Shown here: positions 53,197 to 62,440 of the stretch, in pieces | Layout of the letters: each line of letters starts with the position of its first letter | Position numbering within the stretch: the first letter of the stretch is position 1 | Assembly (NCBI GenBank): GCA_963740355.1 | Contig: CAVUDW010000003.1 | Span: 640,001 to 704,000, forward strand | From: an uncultured Gemmatimonadaceae bacterium | GTDB taxonomy: Bacteria > Gemmatimonadota > Gemmatimonadetes > Gemmatimonadales > Gemmatimonadaceae | Direction of reading: 5' to 3' | DNA length: 64,000 nt | The notes under the pieces: generated by a model | Databases searched by the model: none | What the model saw: the letters and a program-made list of their open reading frames with translations, nothing else | Told to the model about the DNA's origin: nothing | Translations under genes and position numbers: made by a program

Positions 53197-54320
53197 CTAC
53201 TTGATCGCGCTGACGCGGCGTCGATGATCTGCGCTTGATGCAATTCAACACCCGGCCATAACGGAAGTCGAACAAGCCGATCGCTGACGTCTTGTGACAC
53301 TGGCAGCGTGTCGTGCGCACGCCCGTAGCGCATTCCCGCTGGCGAACTGTGCAGCGGCACGTAGTGAAAGACCGCAGCCACACCAGACAGCCGCAAGCTT
53401 TCGATGAACCGCGTCCGCTGTGCCAAGTCAGGAAGGAGCAGGTAGTACATGTGAGCGTTGTGCCCGCACCACGCTGGCACGAACGGGCGCACAGCTCGCT
53501 CGGCTTCCTCCAGCCCAGCAAAGGCCTCGTGGTATCGCTGCCACGCATCGCGGCGTTGCTGATTAATAGTGTCAACTGCCTCAAGCTGCGCGCAGAGGAA
53601 GGCAGCGAGCATTTCACTGGGAAGAAACGACGACCCGATGTCCACCCACGTGTACTTGTCCACCTGTCCGCGAAAAAAGGCGCCGCGATTCGTCCCTTTT
53701 TCCCACAGAATTTCTGCCCTGTCAGCGAAGGTCCCGTCGTTCACGAGAAGTGCACCGCCCTCCCCAGAGATGATGTTCTTTGTCTCATGGAAGCTTAGCG
53801 CAGCGAGGTGGCCGAGTGATCCAAGCGCTCGACCTCGATATGTCGATCCAATTGCCTGGGCCGCGTCCTCAATGACCGTCAAGTCGTGTTCGGCGGCCAC
53901 GGCAGAAATGACATCCATGTCGCACGCCACGCCAGCGTAGTGCACAGGCACGATGGCGCGGGTACGCGGCGTAATTGCGTCTGCAATCTGTCTTTCATCG
54001 AGATTGAACGTATCCGCTCGGACGTCGACGAACACCGGAGTCGCGCCACGAAGCACGAAGGCATTTGCCGTCGAGACAAACGTGAACGACGGCATGATGA
54101 CTTCATCCCCTGCGCCGATGTTCGCCAGCATTGCGCTCATTTCGAGCGCTGCAGTGCAGGAATGCGTCAGCAGGGCTTTACCTGAGCCTGTCAGGTCTTC
54201 CAATAATTGATGGCACCGCTTCGTGAACTCGCCATTGCCGGAAAGATGACCGGCTTCCAGCGCACGGCGGATATACGCAAATTCAGGACCCACCAGCGCA
54301 GGCTTGTTGAACGGAATCAC
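53197..54320 (-). CDS. wecE: dTDP-4-amino-4,6-dideoxygalactose transaminase; probable 1-nt frameshift near the C-terminus (track ORF runs on to 52983)
   Basis: MIPFNKP, SCTAALE, SFHETKN, EKGTNR..FFRGQVDKYTW, FHYVPLH. A natural-looking end VSAIK* lies in an adjacent frame at 53197. Confidence 0.88.
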
Positions 54321-55061
54321 GCTTTCGGTGACCAGTAGTGAAAGGTGAAGCGAGATGCGACTGGAACAAACCCGGCCTTCCCGACTGCGCGTAGCGCAGC
54401 GCTGTTTGCCAGCTGCGTCTCGTAGACGAGCGAGCCGCCGCCGCCGGATGCGATGTGGGCGACCGCAGAGTGCAGCATCGAGCCGAGGACGCCGGCGCCG
54501 CGGTTCTCTGGTGCCACCGCGGTCAGCGAAACGCTCCAGCAGCTAGCGCAACGCTCGAGCGCGAGGAATCCCACGATTTCACCGGCGCTTGATGTCGCAG
54601 ACCAGGATCGGATGATCACGATCCATCTTCGCGACGAGATCTCCGGCCCACTTCGCATAGAGCAATTCGGATTCGCGAGGAGGCAGGTTCCCATCCATGT
54701 GCCAGTGTCCAACGAAATTGCGAAAGGCATCTTCGGCGATTTCCGCCACAGCCGATGCATCATCAGGTTCGCATTGCCGAACAGGCACACCGGGCACCAT
54801 GTGCGCCGGCACTTGATCCTGCACGACGTCACGTTGGAGGGTCAGCAGGACATCGCACAGCACGCCGCCGGCGCGCTCCATCGCCTGCGCAACTCCGATC
54901 TCTGCTGCGGCAACCCGCGCGATGAGCAGCGCTCCCGGATAAGCCGCAACGTCCTGAATGGAACGCGCCACGTCATCGGCAGCACGCAACGAGACGGCAA
55001 ACACCGCGTGACCGAAATGCGTACTCTCCTGCGGACGCGGAATCAGCTGGGCGTCACTCAC
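54317..55061 (-). pseudogene. WecD/RffC-like GNAT acetyltransferase split by a frameshift at ~54588
   Basis: N-half (H.D..L......LY.KW) in the 54579-55085 frame. C-half (GFL, AV.PENRG.G, ETQLAN.AA.R...K.GF) in the 54317 frame. Overlaps both neighbours. Confidence 0.75.
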
Positions 55062-56001
55062 GATACGTCCGCTCGCGGACCACATACAGCGGTCGCCCCT
55101 TCACCTCTTCAAACACCCTGCCGAGGTACAATCCGAGAATTCCCATGAAGGCGAGGATAACGCCGCTGAGGAAGTAGATCGAGACCATCAGGCTGGCCCA
55201 ACCGGTGACCTGAATGCCTCCAAGCAAGGCGCGAACAAAGACCACTGCCCCACCGACCAGTGCACCTGACGCCAGCAGGAATCCAAGTCGAATGGCCAGC
55301 CGCAGGGGCTTGTCCGAGTACGCAACGATGGTCTGGACTGCCAGCTCGAACAGCTTCCGCCACGTGTACGACGTTTCGCCTGCGAAGCGAGCATCGTGCT
55401 GCACCTCGATGGAGCTGACGCGAAAGCCGAGCCAGTTGACGATGCCACCGAAGAACCGCATCTGTTCCGTGAAGTCGCGGAATGAATCAGCAACCTGGCG
55501 CGAAATGATGCGGAAATTGCCGACTGAGCCGTCGTACGGCAGTTCCGTGAAGTAACGAAACGTGGCGTAGAAAGCCGCCGACGTGGTGCGCTTCCACCAC
55601 CCGTCGCGGCGGCGCTGGCGGCGCGCAAGAACGATGTCGTACCCCTCCAGCGCGGCGGCGTAGAGCCGTGCGATCTCCTCGGGCCGGTCCTGCAGATCAC
55701 AGTCCATGACCACGACCCAATCGCCCCGCGCCGCGTCAATACCAGCGGTTATTCCGCGACGTTGCCCAAAATTGCGGGAGAACTGGAGTCCACGCACCCG
55801 CGGATCTCTTCCGGCCAGAGCCTTGATGTGCAGCCACGACTGATCCGGACCACAATCCTCCACCAACACGATTTCAAAGTCGTGCACCAACGGTTCGAGT
55901 ACGGCCACGAGCCGGCCATGAAGTTCTCCCAGGCACTCCTCGCCGCGATAAACCGGGATCACGACAGAAATCACCGGATCGCCGTGCGCGGCTGCCGTCA
56001 T
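55054..56001 (-). CDS. GT2 undecaprenyl-phosphate glycosyltransferase (GtrB/ArnC-like)
   Basis: SVVIPVY, FSRNFGQ, MDCDLQDRPE, RFAGE.SY, PLR, two TMs, GLYLGR.F.E.K.RPLY. Confidence 0.92.
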   Translation of the reverse strand: MTAAAHGDPVISVVIPVYRGEECLGELHGRLVAVLEPLVHDFEIVLVEDCGPDQSWLHIKALAGRDPRVRGLQFSRNFGQRRGITAGIDAARGDWVVVMDCDLQDRPEEIARLYAAALEGYDIVLARRQRRRDGWWKRTTSAAFYATFRYFTELPYDGSVGNFRIISRQVADSFRDFTEQMRFFGGIVNWLGFRVSSIEVQHDARFAGETSYTWRKLFELAVQTIVAYSDKPLRLAIRLGFLLASGALVGGAVVFVRALLGGIQVTGWASLMVSIYFLSGVILAFMGILGLYLGRVFEEVKGRPLYVVRERTYRE

Positions 56002-56224
56002 GCGATACCCTGTGAGGGAGGTGAGGGGTCGGCCGAGATGGAACCGGCTGCAGGGCACCGGTACTGCTGACTCGGGGCGGCCGAGGGCGGTGCCGCAACC
56101 AAGCACATATGGTAAGATATGGTCCAGAGCGGTGACAAGCGGGCAAACTGCGTCCTGCCGAAGAACCGTCGTCCGGCCACGTCACTCGCGATTCGTTCCG
56201 CCACCGCTGCACCATCCGATAGAC

Positions 56225-57763
56225 GTGATAGACGCGCCGACGCAACTCGCCGCTACGACAAGGCCTTCCGGCCGACGGGCCGACTTCGAGCGCACCGCCT
56301 TCTGGCTGACCGCGGTACTCGCGGCCTTCGTGCACTGGATTCCGCACTTTCCACCGCAGATCGATCTCGCGCAACACGCAGCGCAAATGCGCTTCCTGCG
56401 TGACTGGAACCAGGCGGAGTTCCCGTATCGCGACATCCTACAGTTGAATTTCTTCACGCCCTACCTTCCGGCATACTTCGTTGGAGCCGCTCTCACATTT
56501 GTGATGCCCGTTGTCGCCGCCGTGAAGACGGTCTGGACCCTCGGCGCACTCGGCACCGTGTTCGCCTCCGTAAGGCTCCGGCGGCTGGTTGGCGGAGAAG
56601 AATGCTGGGACTGGATCCTGATCCCTGGCCTCTTCGGCATCACATTCGTGTGGGGATTTCTCACCTTCCAGTTCACAATTCCGCTCGGCTTGCTCGGTCT
56701 CGAGTGCTGGATCCGCTATCTGCATCACCCAACGCCCGCACGCGGATTCCTTTTCGGAACCGGGTTGGCGGCGCTGTTCTTTTGCCACTCGCTGGTGACC
56801 GCGTGGCTAATGGCCGTCTGCGGACTGATGCTGCTCTCCGACGCCGCGCTGTGGACGGGAAATCGGCGCCGCGCCGTCGCGGTAGGCCTGCCGCTATTGA
56901 TGCCGCTCCCGGTAGCCGCGGCCTGGCTTGCCATGGCGAGCAAGGTGCCGCAGGCGCAGGCCGCGACGGTGTGGGGATCGATCGAATATCGAGTACTCGG
57001 CTTCTTCGCGCAGTCGCTTGGCGTGCCAACCGGCTACATGGCCGCATCAATCATTGGAATACTGCTCTATGCGACGCCTTTCTTGGCGGGTGCCCGAATT
57101 CGGCAGGATCCTGTATTTCGAGCACCGCTCGTCGTGACGCTCGGAATTCTGCTACTGGCCCCCGGGAATCTCATGGGGAATGCCTTTACGTACCATCGCT
57201 TCCACTCACTCCTAGCGCCCACCCTCATCATCGCGCTGTCTGCTCGCGCTCCGAACTCATTCCGACTTGCGCGCGCGCGACTTGCCGCACCAGCAATCGC
57301 AGTGTTCGCCACATTGCTACTGGCGTGGCGAATGCTCGCGTTCGACAGGGAACAACAGGACTTTCGCGATGTCACCGCGGCGATGCTCGATCGACGACAT
57401 ACCCTGTCAGTTATCCTGGATCCGTCGAGCGGGGTACTGCAGCATCCTCAGACGTATCTGCATTTTGGCGCATGGTATCAGGCCGAACGGGGCGGGCTGG
57501 TTGAGTTCAGCTTCGCCTCTTTCCTGCCGATGATCGTGCACTTCCGCACCAGCTACGCTCAAACGATTCCAGAAGCGTTCGCGCTGCGCCCGACGCTGGG
57601 TGTAGTACGGAATCACGGCGAGCAATTCGAATACGTTTTGGTTCGGACGCCGAGCAGCGACCTCTCTCCTCTTGCCGGCATGCCCTTCACTGTCCGCACG
57701 CATCGAGGGCAGTGGTGGCTTTTCTCGAGCGAAAAGGGATTCCGTGAGTTGCCGCGCGATTGA
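56225..57763 (+). CDS. Polytopic membrane protein, putative GT-C, family D
   Basis: TM1 then PPQIDLAQH, TPYL..Y, WGFL.F, FF.H, ~11 TMs and a soluble C-terminal domain. Divergent from the GT2-wecD-wecE operon. Start inferred (GTG 56225). Confidence 0.55.
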   Translation: MIDAPTQLAATTRPSGRRADFERTAFWLTAVLAAFVHWIPHFPPQIDLAQHAAQMRFLRDWNQAEFPYRDILQLNFFTPYLPAYFVGAALTFVMPVVAAVKTVWTLGALGTVFASVRLRRLVGGEECWDWILIPGLFGITFVWGFLTFQFTIPLGLLGLECWIRYLHHPTPARGFLFGTGLAALFFCHSLVTAWLMAVCGLMLLSDAALWTGNRRRAVAVGLPLLMPLPVAAAWLAMASKVPQAQAATVWGSIEYRVLGFFAQSLGVPTGYMAASIIGILLYATPFLAGARIRQDPVFRAPLVVTLGILLLAPGNLMGNAFTYHRFHSLLAPTLIIALSARAPNSFRLARARLAAPAIAVFATLLLAWRMLAFDREQQDFRDVTAAMLDRRHTLSVILDPSSGVLQHPQTYLHFGAWYQAERGGLVEFSFASFLPMIVHFRTSYAQTIPEAFALRPTLGVVRNHGEQFEYVLVRTPSSDLSPLAGMPFTVRTHRGQWWLFSSEKGFRELPRD

Positions 57764-57879
57764 GAGCAGCGCCTGAACTCGCCTGTTGTCAACGAATGGC
57801 GCAGCATCCGCGTTGCCTGCTTCGGCACACCGGACTGTGCCGGTTGCGGCCCGCCCTCCCCGTTCGCACCTTGCGTCAC

Positions 57880-59619
57880 ATGCGATCCCGACTCGTTTTC
57901 CTGGCAGTGCTGCCGCTGTGGCTTGCACCACGGGCCTCCGCGCAACCCGCCGCGCCCCCCACCTTCGCGCAGTTCGTCGATCGCTACCTCGACGACTTCG
58001 CCCGCCGCCACCCCTCCATCGCCGGCGGCAACGGCCTCCACCAGCACGACGACCTGCTGGACGACTACACCGCGGCCGGCATCAAGCGCGAAATCGTGGC
58101 GCTCAAGCGCGACCGACGCCAGTTGGCCTCGTTCACGGCAGCGCAGCTCACGCCCGACGAACGCGTCGACCAGAAGATCCTCGATGGCATCATCGACGGC
58201 TGGCTGCTGGAGCAGGAGACGCTGCAGAACTGGCGCCGCAATCCGATGCTCTACGCCTCGGCGCTCTCCGACGGCGTGAGCAACCTGATGACGATGGAGA
58301 ACGCGCCGGCGCCAGTGCGGATGCGCCGCATCATCAGCAAGCTCGCGGGTGTACCGCAGCTGCTGGCGGCCGCACGGGCCAACATCACCAATCCGCCAAC
58401 ACTGTTTGCGGAACGTGGGGTGGGATTCCTCCGCGGCGCCGTGCAGATGCTGGATCACGATGTACCGCTGGCCTTCGCATCGCAGAAAGGCACGCCGCTG
58501 ATGGACTCGCTGATGCGCGCTGCCGCTGCCGCCAAGCCGCAGATCAGCGCCTACGCCGACTACCTGCAGAACGAAGTGCTGCCGAAGGCCACCGGCGACT
58601 ATCGCATCGGCGCGGTGAACGTCGCCCGGCGCTACAAGGCCGAAGAGCTGATCGACCAGCCGCTGCAGTCACTGATCGACATCGGTGAACGCGAGCTGAC
58701 CATCTACCAGACGCAGTTCCGCGCGGCCGCCGCCAGGCTGGCACCGGGACGCGATCCGCTCGACGTCTGGCGCGAGGTGCGACATGATCACCCGAAGCGC
58801 GGTGATGTGGTGTCGGCGACGCAGAAGCTGGTGGACTCGCTCACGGCTTTCATCATCCAGCGCGGCCTGGCCGACGTGCCGGCCGGCGAACGGGTGGTCG
58901 TTGCACCAGCCAAGCCGTTCGACCTCGGCTTCGCCTCGATGCATGCCTCGCCGCCGCTCGAAAACCCACCGGTGAAGAGCTTCTACTACATCACCGATGC
59001 CAGCGCCGACATGCCCGTGGCCGAACAGGAGGCATGGCTGGAGCGGTACAACTACGCCTCGTTGATCAACACCTCGGCGCATGAAGCGATGCCGGGACAC
59101 TGGCTGCACTCGACCTACATGCGCAAGACGCCGGGCAAGGTGCGCCGCATCTGGATCGGCCTCAATCCCTTCCCGCAGCCATCGTCGGGACAGGATGGGT
59201 GGGCGCACTACAGCGAACAGCTGATGGTCGAGGAGAAGTTCGGCGGCGGTGATCCACGCATCGAGCTGGCGCAGTTGAGCGATGCCCTGACGCGTGTCTG
59301 CCGCCTCCTCTCGGGGATTCGCGTGCACTCCGGCGAATGGACACTCGCGCAGGCACAGGCGTGCTTCGAGCAGCGGGCGTACGTTCCCACGTCGGCCGCC
59401 AAGCGCGAAGCCGAACGGAGCACCTACGATCCGACGTATGGCGGCTACTTTCTGGGCAAGCGCGGCATCCTCACCCTTCGTCGCGATGTCGCGGCAAAAC
59501 TCGGCACGCAGTTCAACCTGCGGGCCTTCCACGAGCGTCTCATGACCAACGGTATCGCGCCCATCTGGGCCCATCGCCAGATCTTCCTGCCCGGCGACAC
59601 CGCCCCGGTGATCCAGTAA
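57880..59619 (+). CDS. DUF885 family exported metallopeptidase-like protein
   Basis: Signal peptide (ASAQ), G.H..D..L.D, AHEAMPGH, DGWAHYSE, Y.LG, FN.R.FH. Confidence 0.85.
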   Translation: MRSRLVFLAVLPLWLAPRASAQPAAPPTFAQFVDRYLDDFARRHPSIAGGNGLHQHDDLLDDYTAAGIKREIVALKRDRRQLASFTAAQLTPDERVDQKILDGIIDGWLLEQETLQNWRRNPMLYASALSDGVSNLMTMENAPAPVRMRRIISKLAGVPQLLAAARANITNPPTLFAERGVGFLRGAVQMLDHDVPLAFASQKGTPLMDSLMRAAAAAKPQISAYADYLQNEVLPKATGDYRIGAVNVARRYKAEELIDQPLQSLIDIGERELTIYQTQFRAAAARLAPGRDPLDVWREVRHDHPKRGDVVSATQKLVDSLTAFIIQRGLADVPAGERVVVAPAKPFDLGFASMHASPPLENPPVKSFYYITDASADMPVAEQEAWLERYNYASLINTSAHEAMPGHWLHSTYMRKTPGKVRRIWIGLNPFPQPSSGQDGWAHYSEQLMVEEKFGGGDPRIELAQLSDALTRVCRLLSGIRVHSGEWTLAQAQACFEQRAYVPTSAAKREAERSTYDPTYGGYFLGKRGILTLRRDVAAKLGTQFNLRAFHERLMTNGIAPIWAHRQIFLPGDTAPVIQ

Positions 59620-60755
59620 TGCCGCGCACGGAGAAGGTGCGCGTCGGCGTCCTCGGTGCCGGCGCCTGGGCGAAGTTCGCCCACATCCCGGGCTACAAGC
59701 GCGATCCACGCTGCGAGCTGGTCGCGATTGCGGACCCGGTGATCGAGCGGGCGCAGGAGTTCGCCGCCGAATTCGGCATCCCGAACGTCTACGGGTCGCA
59801 CGCGGAGCTGATCGCGCGGGAGGACATCGACCTGGTGGACGTGTGCACGCCGAGCGCGACACACTTCGAGTTGAGCTGGGCGGCGCTGGAGGCGGGCAAG
59901 CATGTGCTCTGCGAGAAGCCGGTTGCCTACGACTACACCGAAACGCTCCGCGCCGCCGCGTTCGCGAAGTCAAAGGGGTTGAAGACGAAGCTCGGCTTCA
60001 CCTTCCGTTACGCGCCGTCGATGCGCTACATGAAGGAGCTGATCGACCAGGGATTCATCGGCACGCCGTTCATCTTCAACGGCTTCGAGCAGAACTCGCA
60101 GTGGCTCGATCCGCAGAATCCCCTCCGTCAGGTCGACGTCGACGCGGACCAGTCGGTGATCCAGGTGTCGTCGCTGGAAGGGTATGGCGCACCGATCATG
60201 GACATCGGCCACCTGTTCATGGGCAGCCGCTTCGAGCAGGTCGTCGGCACGATGAAGAACTTCATCCCCGAGCGCATGGTGCGTCAGACCGGGACGATGA
60301 TGCGCATGAACATCGATGATGGCGACATCTTCATCGGCGAATTCGCAAACGGTGCCATCGGCTCGATCCAGACCAGCTTCGTGACCGTCGGCAACTACCC
60401 CGGCATCGAGGCGCGCGTCTACGGCAGCAAGGGTGCGCTGATCTGCCGGCTGGTGGAAGAGAATGGCATCTGCGAAACGCTCAAGGCGGCGACGGGTGAC
60501 CAGGTGGAGTTTCGCGAGCTCGACATTCCGGAGCGCTTCTACCCGCCGGGTGGCAATCGCGAGGAGTCGTGGCGGTCGCTGTTCTATGCGAACCTCGTCA
60601 GCTCGTTCATTTCCGAGATCATCAGTGATGGTCCGGAAAACGAAGGCAGCTTCGTCGACGGTGCGCACGTGCAGGAACTGATCAACGCGGTCGAGCTCTC
60701 CTTCCGCCAGCGGAAGTGGATCTCCATTCCGCTGGCCCCTGGAGCGATCTCCTGA
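59619..60755 (+). CDS. Gfo/Idh/MocA family oxidoreductase
   Basis: VGVLGAG, AGKHVLCEKP, GF.FRY.P. TAATG coupling to the upstream gene. Confidence 0.9.
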   Translation: MPRTEKVRVGVLGAGAWAKFAHIPGYKRDPRCELVAIADPVIERAQEFAAEFGIPNVYGSHAELIAREDIDLVDVCTPSATHFELSWAALEAGKHVLCEKPVAYDYTETLRAAAFAKSKGLKTKLGFTFRYAPSMRYMKELIDQGFIGTPFIFNGFEQNSQWLDPQNPLRQVDVDADQSVIQVSSLEGYGAPIMDIGHLFMGSRFEQVVGTMKNFIPERMVRQTGTMMRMNIDDGDIFIGEFANGAIGSIQTSFVTVGNYPGIEARVYGSKGALICRLVEENGICETLKAATGDQVEFRELDIPERFYPPGGNREESWRSLFYANLVSSFISEIISDGPENEGSFVDGAHVQELINAVELSFRQRKWISIPLAPGAIS

Positions 60756-62440
60756 GCAAGGCATTCGAGCAGTTCCTGGCCCAGTACTACTCGCGGAACC
60801 CAGTGAACAGCACGTTCACCGGGTTGCACTCGCTCGACGATCGGCTGCCCGATTGGTCGGTGACGGGCCGTGCGATCGAGGCGGCCGAGATGCGCCGGAT
60901 TCGCAAGGCGCTCGATGACACGGCCAACCCATCGCTGTCCTCGCTGCGATCGAGCACGGTCGCGCTCGACGATGAGTTGGCGCGCGCGAACCTCGACGTG
61001 CGACTGGCCGAACACGACAGTCGCTTCTTTCACGCCCGCAATCCGGCGCTCTGGACTGGCGAAGCGATCTTCAGCGTGGTCGGCCTGATGATTCGCAATT
61101 TTGCACCGGTCGAGGAACGCCTGCGCTCCATCACGGCGCGACTGAACGCGATTCCGAAGTTCCTCGCCGCGATGCCCGCCGCGATCGCCGGACCGGTACC
61201 GACCCAGTGGGTCGCAAAGGCCGCGCGCGAGTGTGCCGCAGCGGAAGCACTGTTCGACACGGGCATGCAGGCCTGGCTGGACGAAAACGCCGTCGATGCG
61301 GAGCGTGCGGACGTTGTTCACGAGGCCGCCGAGCGTGCCCGTGCGGCCTTCGTGGTTGCTGCAGCGTCGCTCGCCGCGCTGCCGTCGTCCGACACCGGCT
61401 ACTCGGTGGGCGAAGAGGTCTACACCACGCTGCTGCAGCGCGGGCACTTCTGCCTCGAGACACCGCAGGCGCTGCTGACCCGGGCGCTGACCGAGATGCC
61501 GCTGGAGCAGCAGCGGCTCGACGCCATGGCGACCGAGCTTGCAGGATCGTGGGAGGGTGTGCAATCCGCCTTGGCCGCCGATCACCCGCCCGTGACCGAG
61601 TACTACGCCAGCTTCAAGCGCCGTTGGGACGACTGTCGCCGCATCGTCCGCGAACACGATGCGGTGACGTGGGGTGACTGGCCGATCCGCTACGTGCCGA
61701 TTCCGGCCTGGGCACAGCCGTTCGCGCCGCAGCTCTACTGGCTCTTCTATCGCTCACCGGCACCGTTCGATCCGTACGACGAGTACGAGTACGTCGTGAC
61801 GCCGATCGATGCATCGATGCCGGAAGAGGAGCAGGAGAAGAAGCTTCGCGCGTGGAACAACAGCACCATCACGCTCAACCATGTCGTGCATCATGGCGCC
61901 GTCGGGCACCATGTGCAGAACTGGCACGCGCGATACCGGGCGAAGTCGCGGATCGGCCGTATTGCGGCTGCCGACTGCGCCAGCCGCATCGCGATGTTCC
62001 TTGGCGGATCGATGGCGGAAGGCTGGGCCTGTTATGCAACGCAGCTGATGGAAGAGCTGGGGATGCTGACGCCGCTGGAGGTCGTCTCGGAGCAGCACAC
62101 GCGTGTGCGCATGCTGGCCCGCGCGATCGTCGACATCCGGCTGCACCTCGGTCTCTGTTCGTTCAGCGAGGCGGTGCAGTACTATCAGGAGAAGGTCGGC
62201 ATGTCGGTGGAGGTCGCGACGGCCGAGACGACGAAGAATTCGATGTTCCCGTGCACGGCGATCATGTACTGGCTCGGGACCAGCCGGATTCTCGCGTTGC
62301 GCGATGAGATCAAGGCTGCACGCGGCGAGGGGTTCGTGCTGCGCGAGTTCCACGACGAGTTGCTCAGCCGCGGCGCGATTCCAGTGCCGCTGGTCGCCCG
62401 ATTGATGGCCACAGCCCAGACGACGGAGTCCGACGCGTGA
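60752..62440 (+). CDS. Second DUF885 family protein, no signal peptide, altered active-site motif
   Basis: G.H..D.RLPD, VHHGAVGHHVQ, AEGWACYA, DI.LH.G, YWLG, EFHD.LL. Start uncertain (CTG 60752 or GTG 60716). Confidence 0.8.
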   Translation: MSKAFEQFLAQYYSRNPVNSTFTGLHSLDDRLPDWSVTGRAIEAAEMRRIRKALDDTANPSLSSLRSSTVALDDELARANLDVRLAEHDSRFFHARNPALWTGEAIFSVVGLMIRNFAPVEERLRSITARLNAIPKFLAAMPAAIAGPVPTQWVAKAARECAAAEALFDTGMQAWLDENAVDAERADVVHEAAERARAAFVVAAASLAALPSSDTGYSVGEEVYTTLLQRGHFCLETPQALLTRALTEMPLEQQRLDAMATELAGSWEGVQSALAADHPPVTEYYASFKRRWDDCRRIVREHDAVTWGDWPIRYVPIPAWAQPFAPQLYWLFYRSPAPFDPYDEYEYVVTPIDASMPEEEQEKKLRAWNNSTITLNHVVHHGAVGHHVQNWHARYRAKSRIGRIAAADCASRIAMFLGGSMAEGWACYATQLMEELGMLTPLEVVSEQHTRVRMLARAIVDIRLHLGLCSFSEAVQYYQEKVGMSVEVATAETTKNSMFPCTAIMYWLGTSRILALRDEIKAARGEGFVLREFHDELLSRGAIPVPLVARLMATAQTTESDA

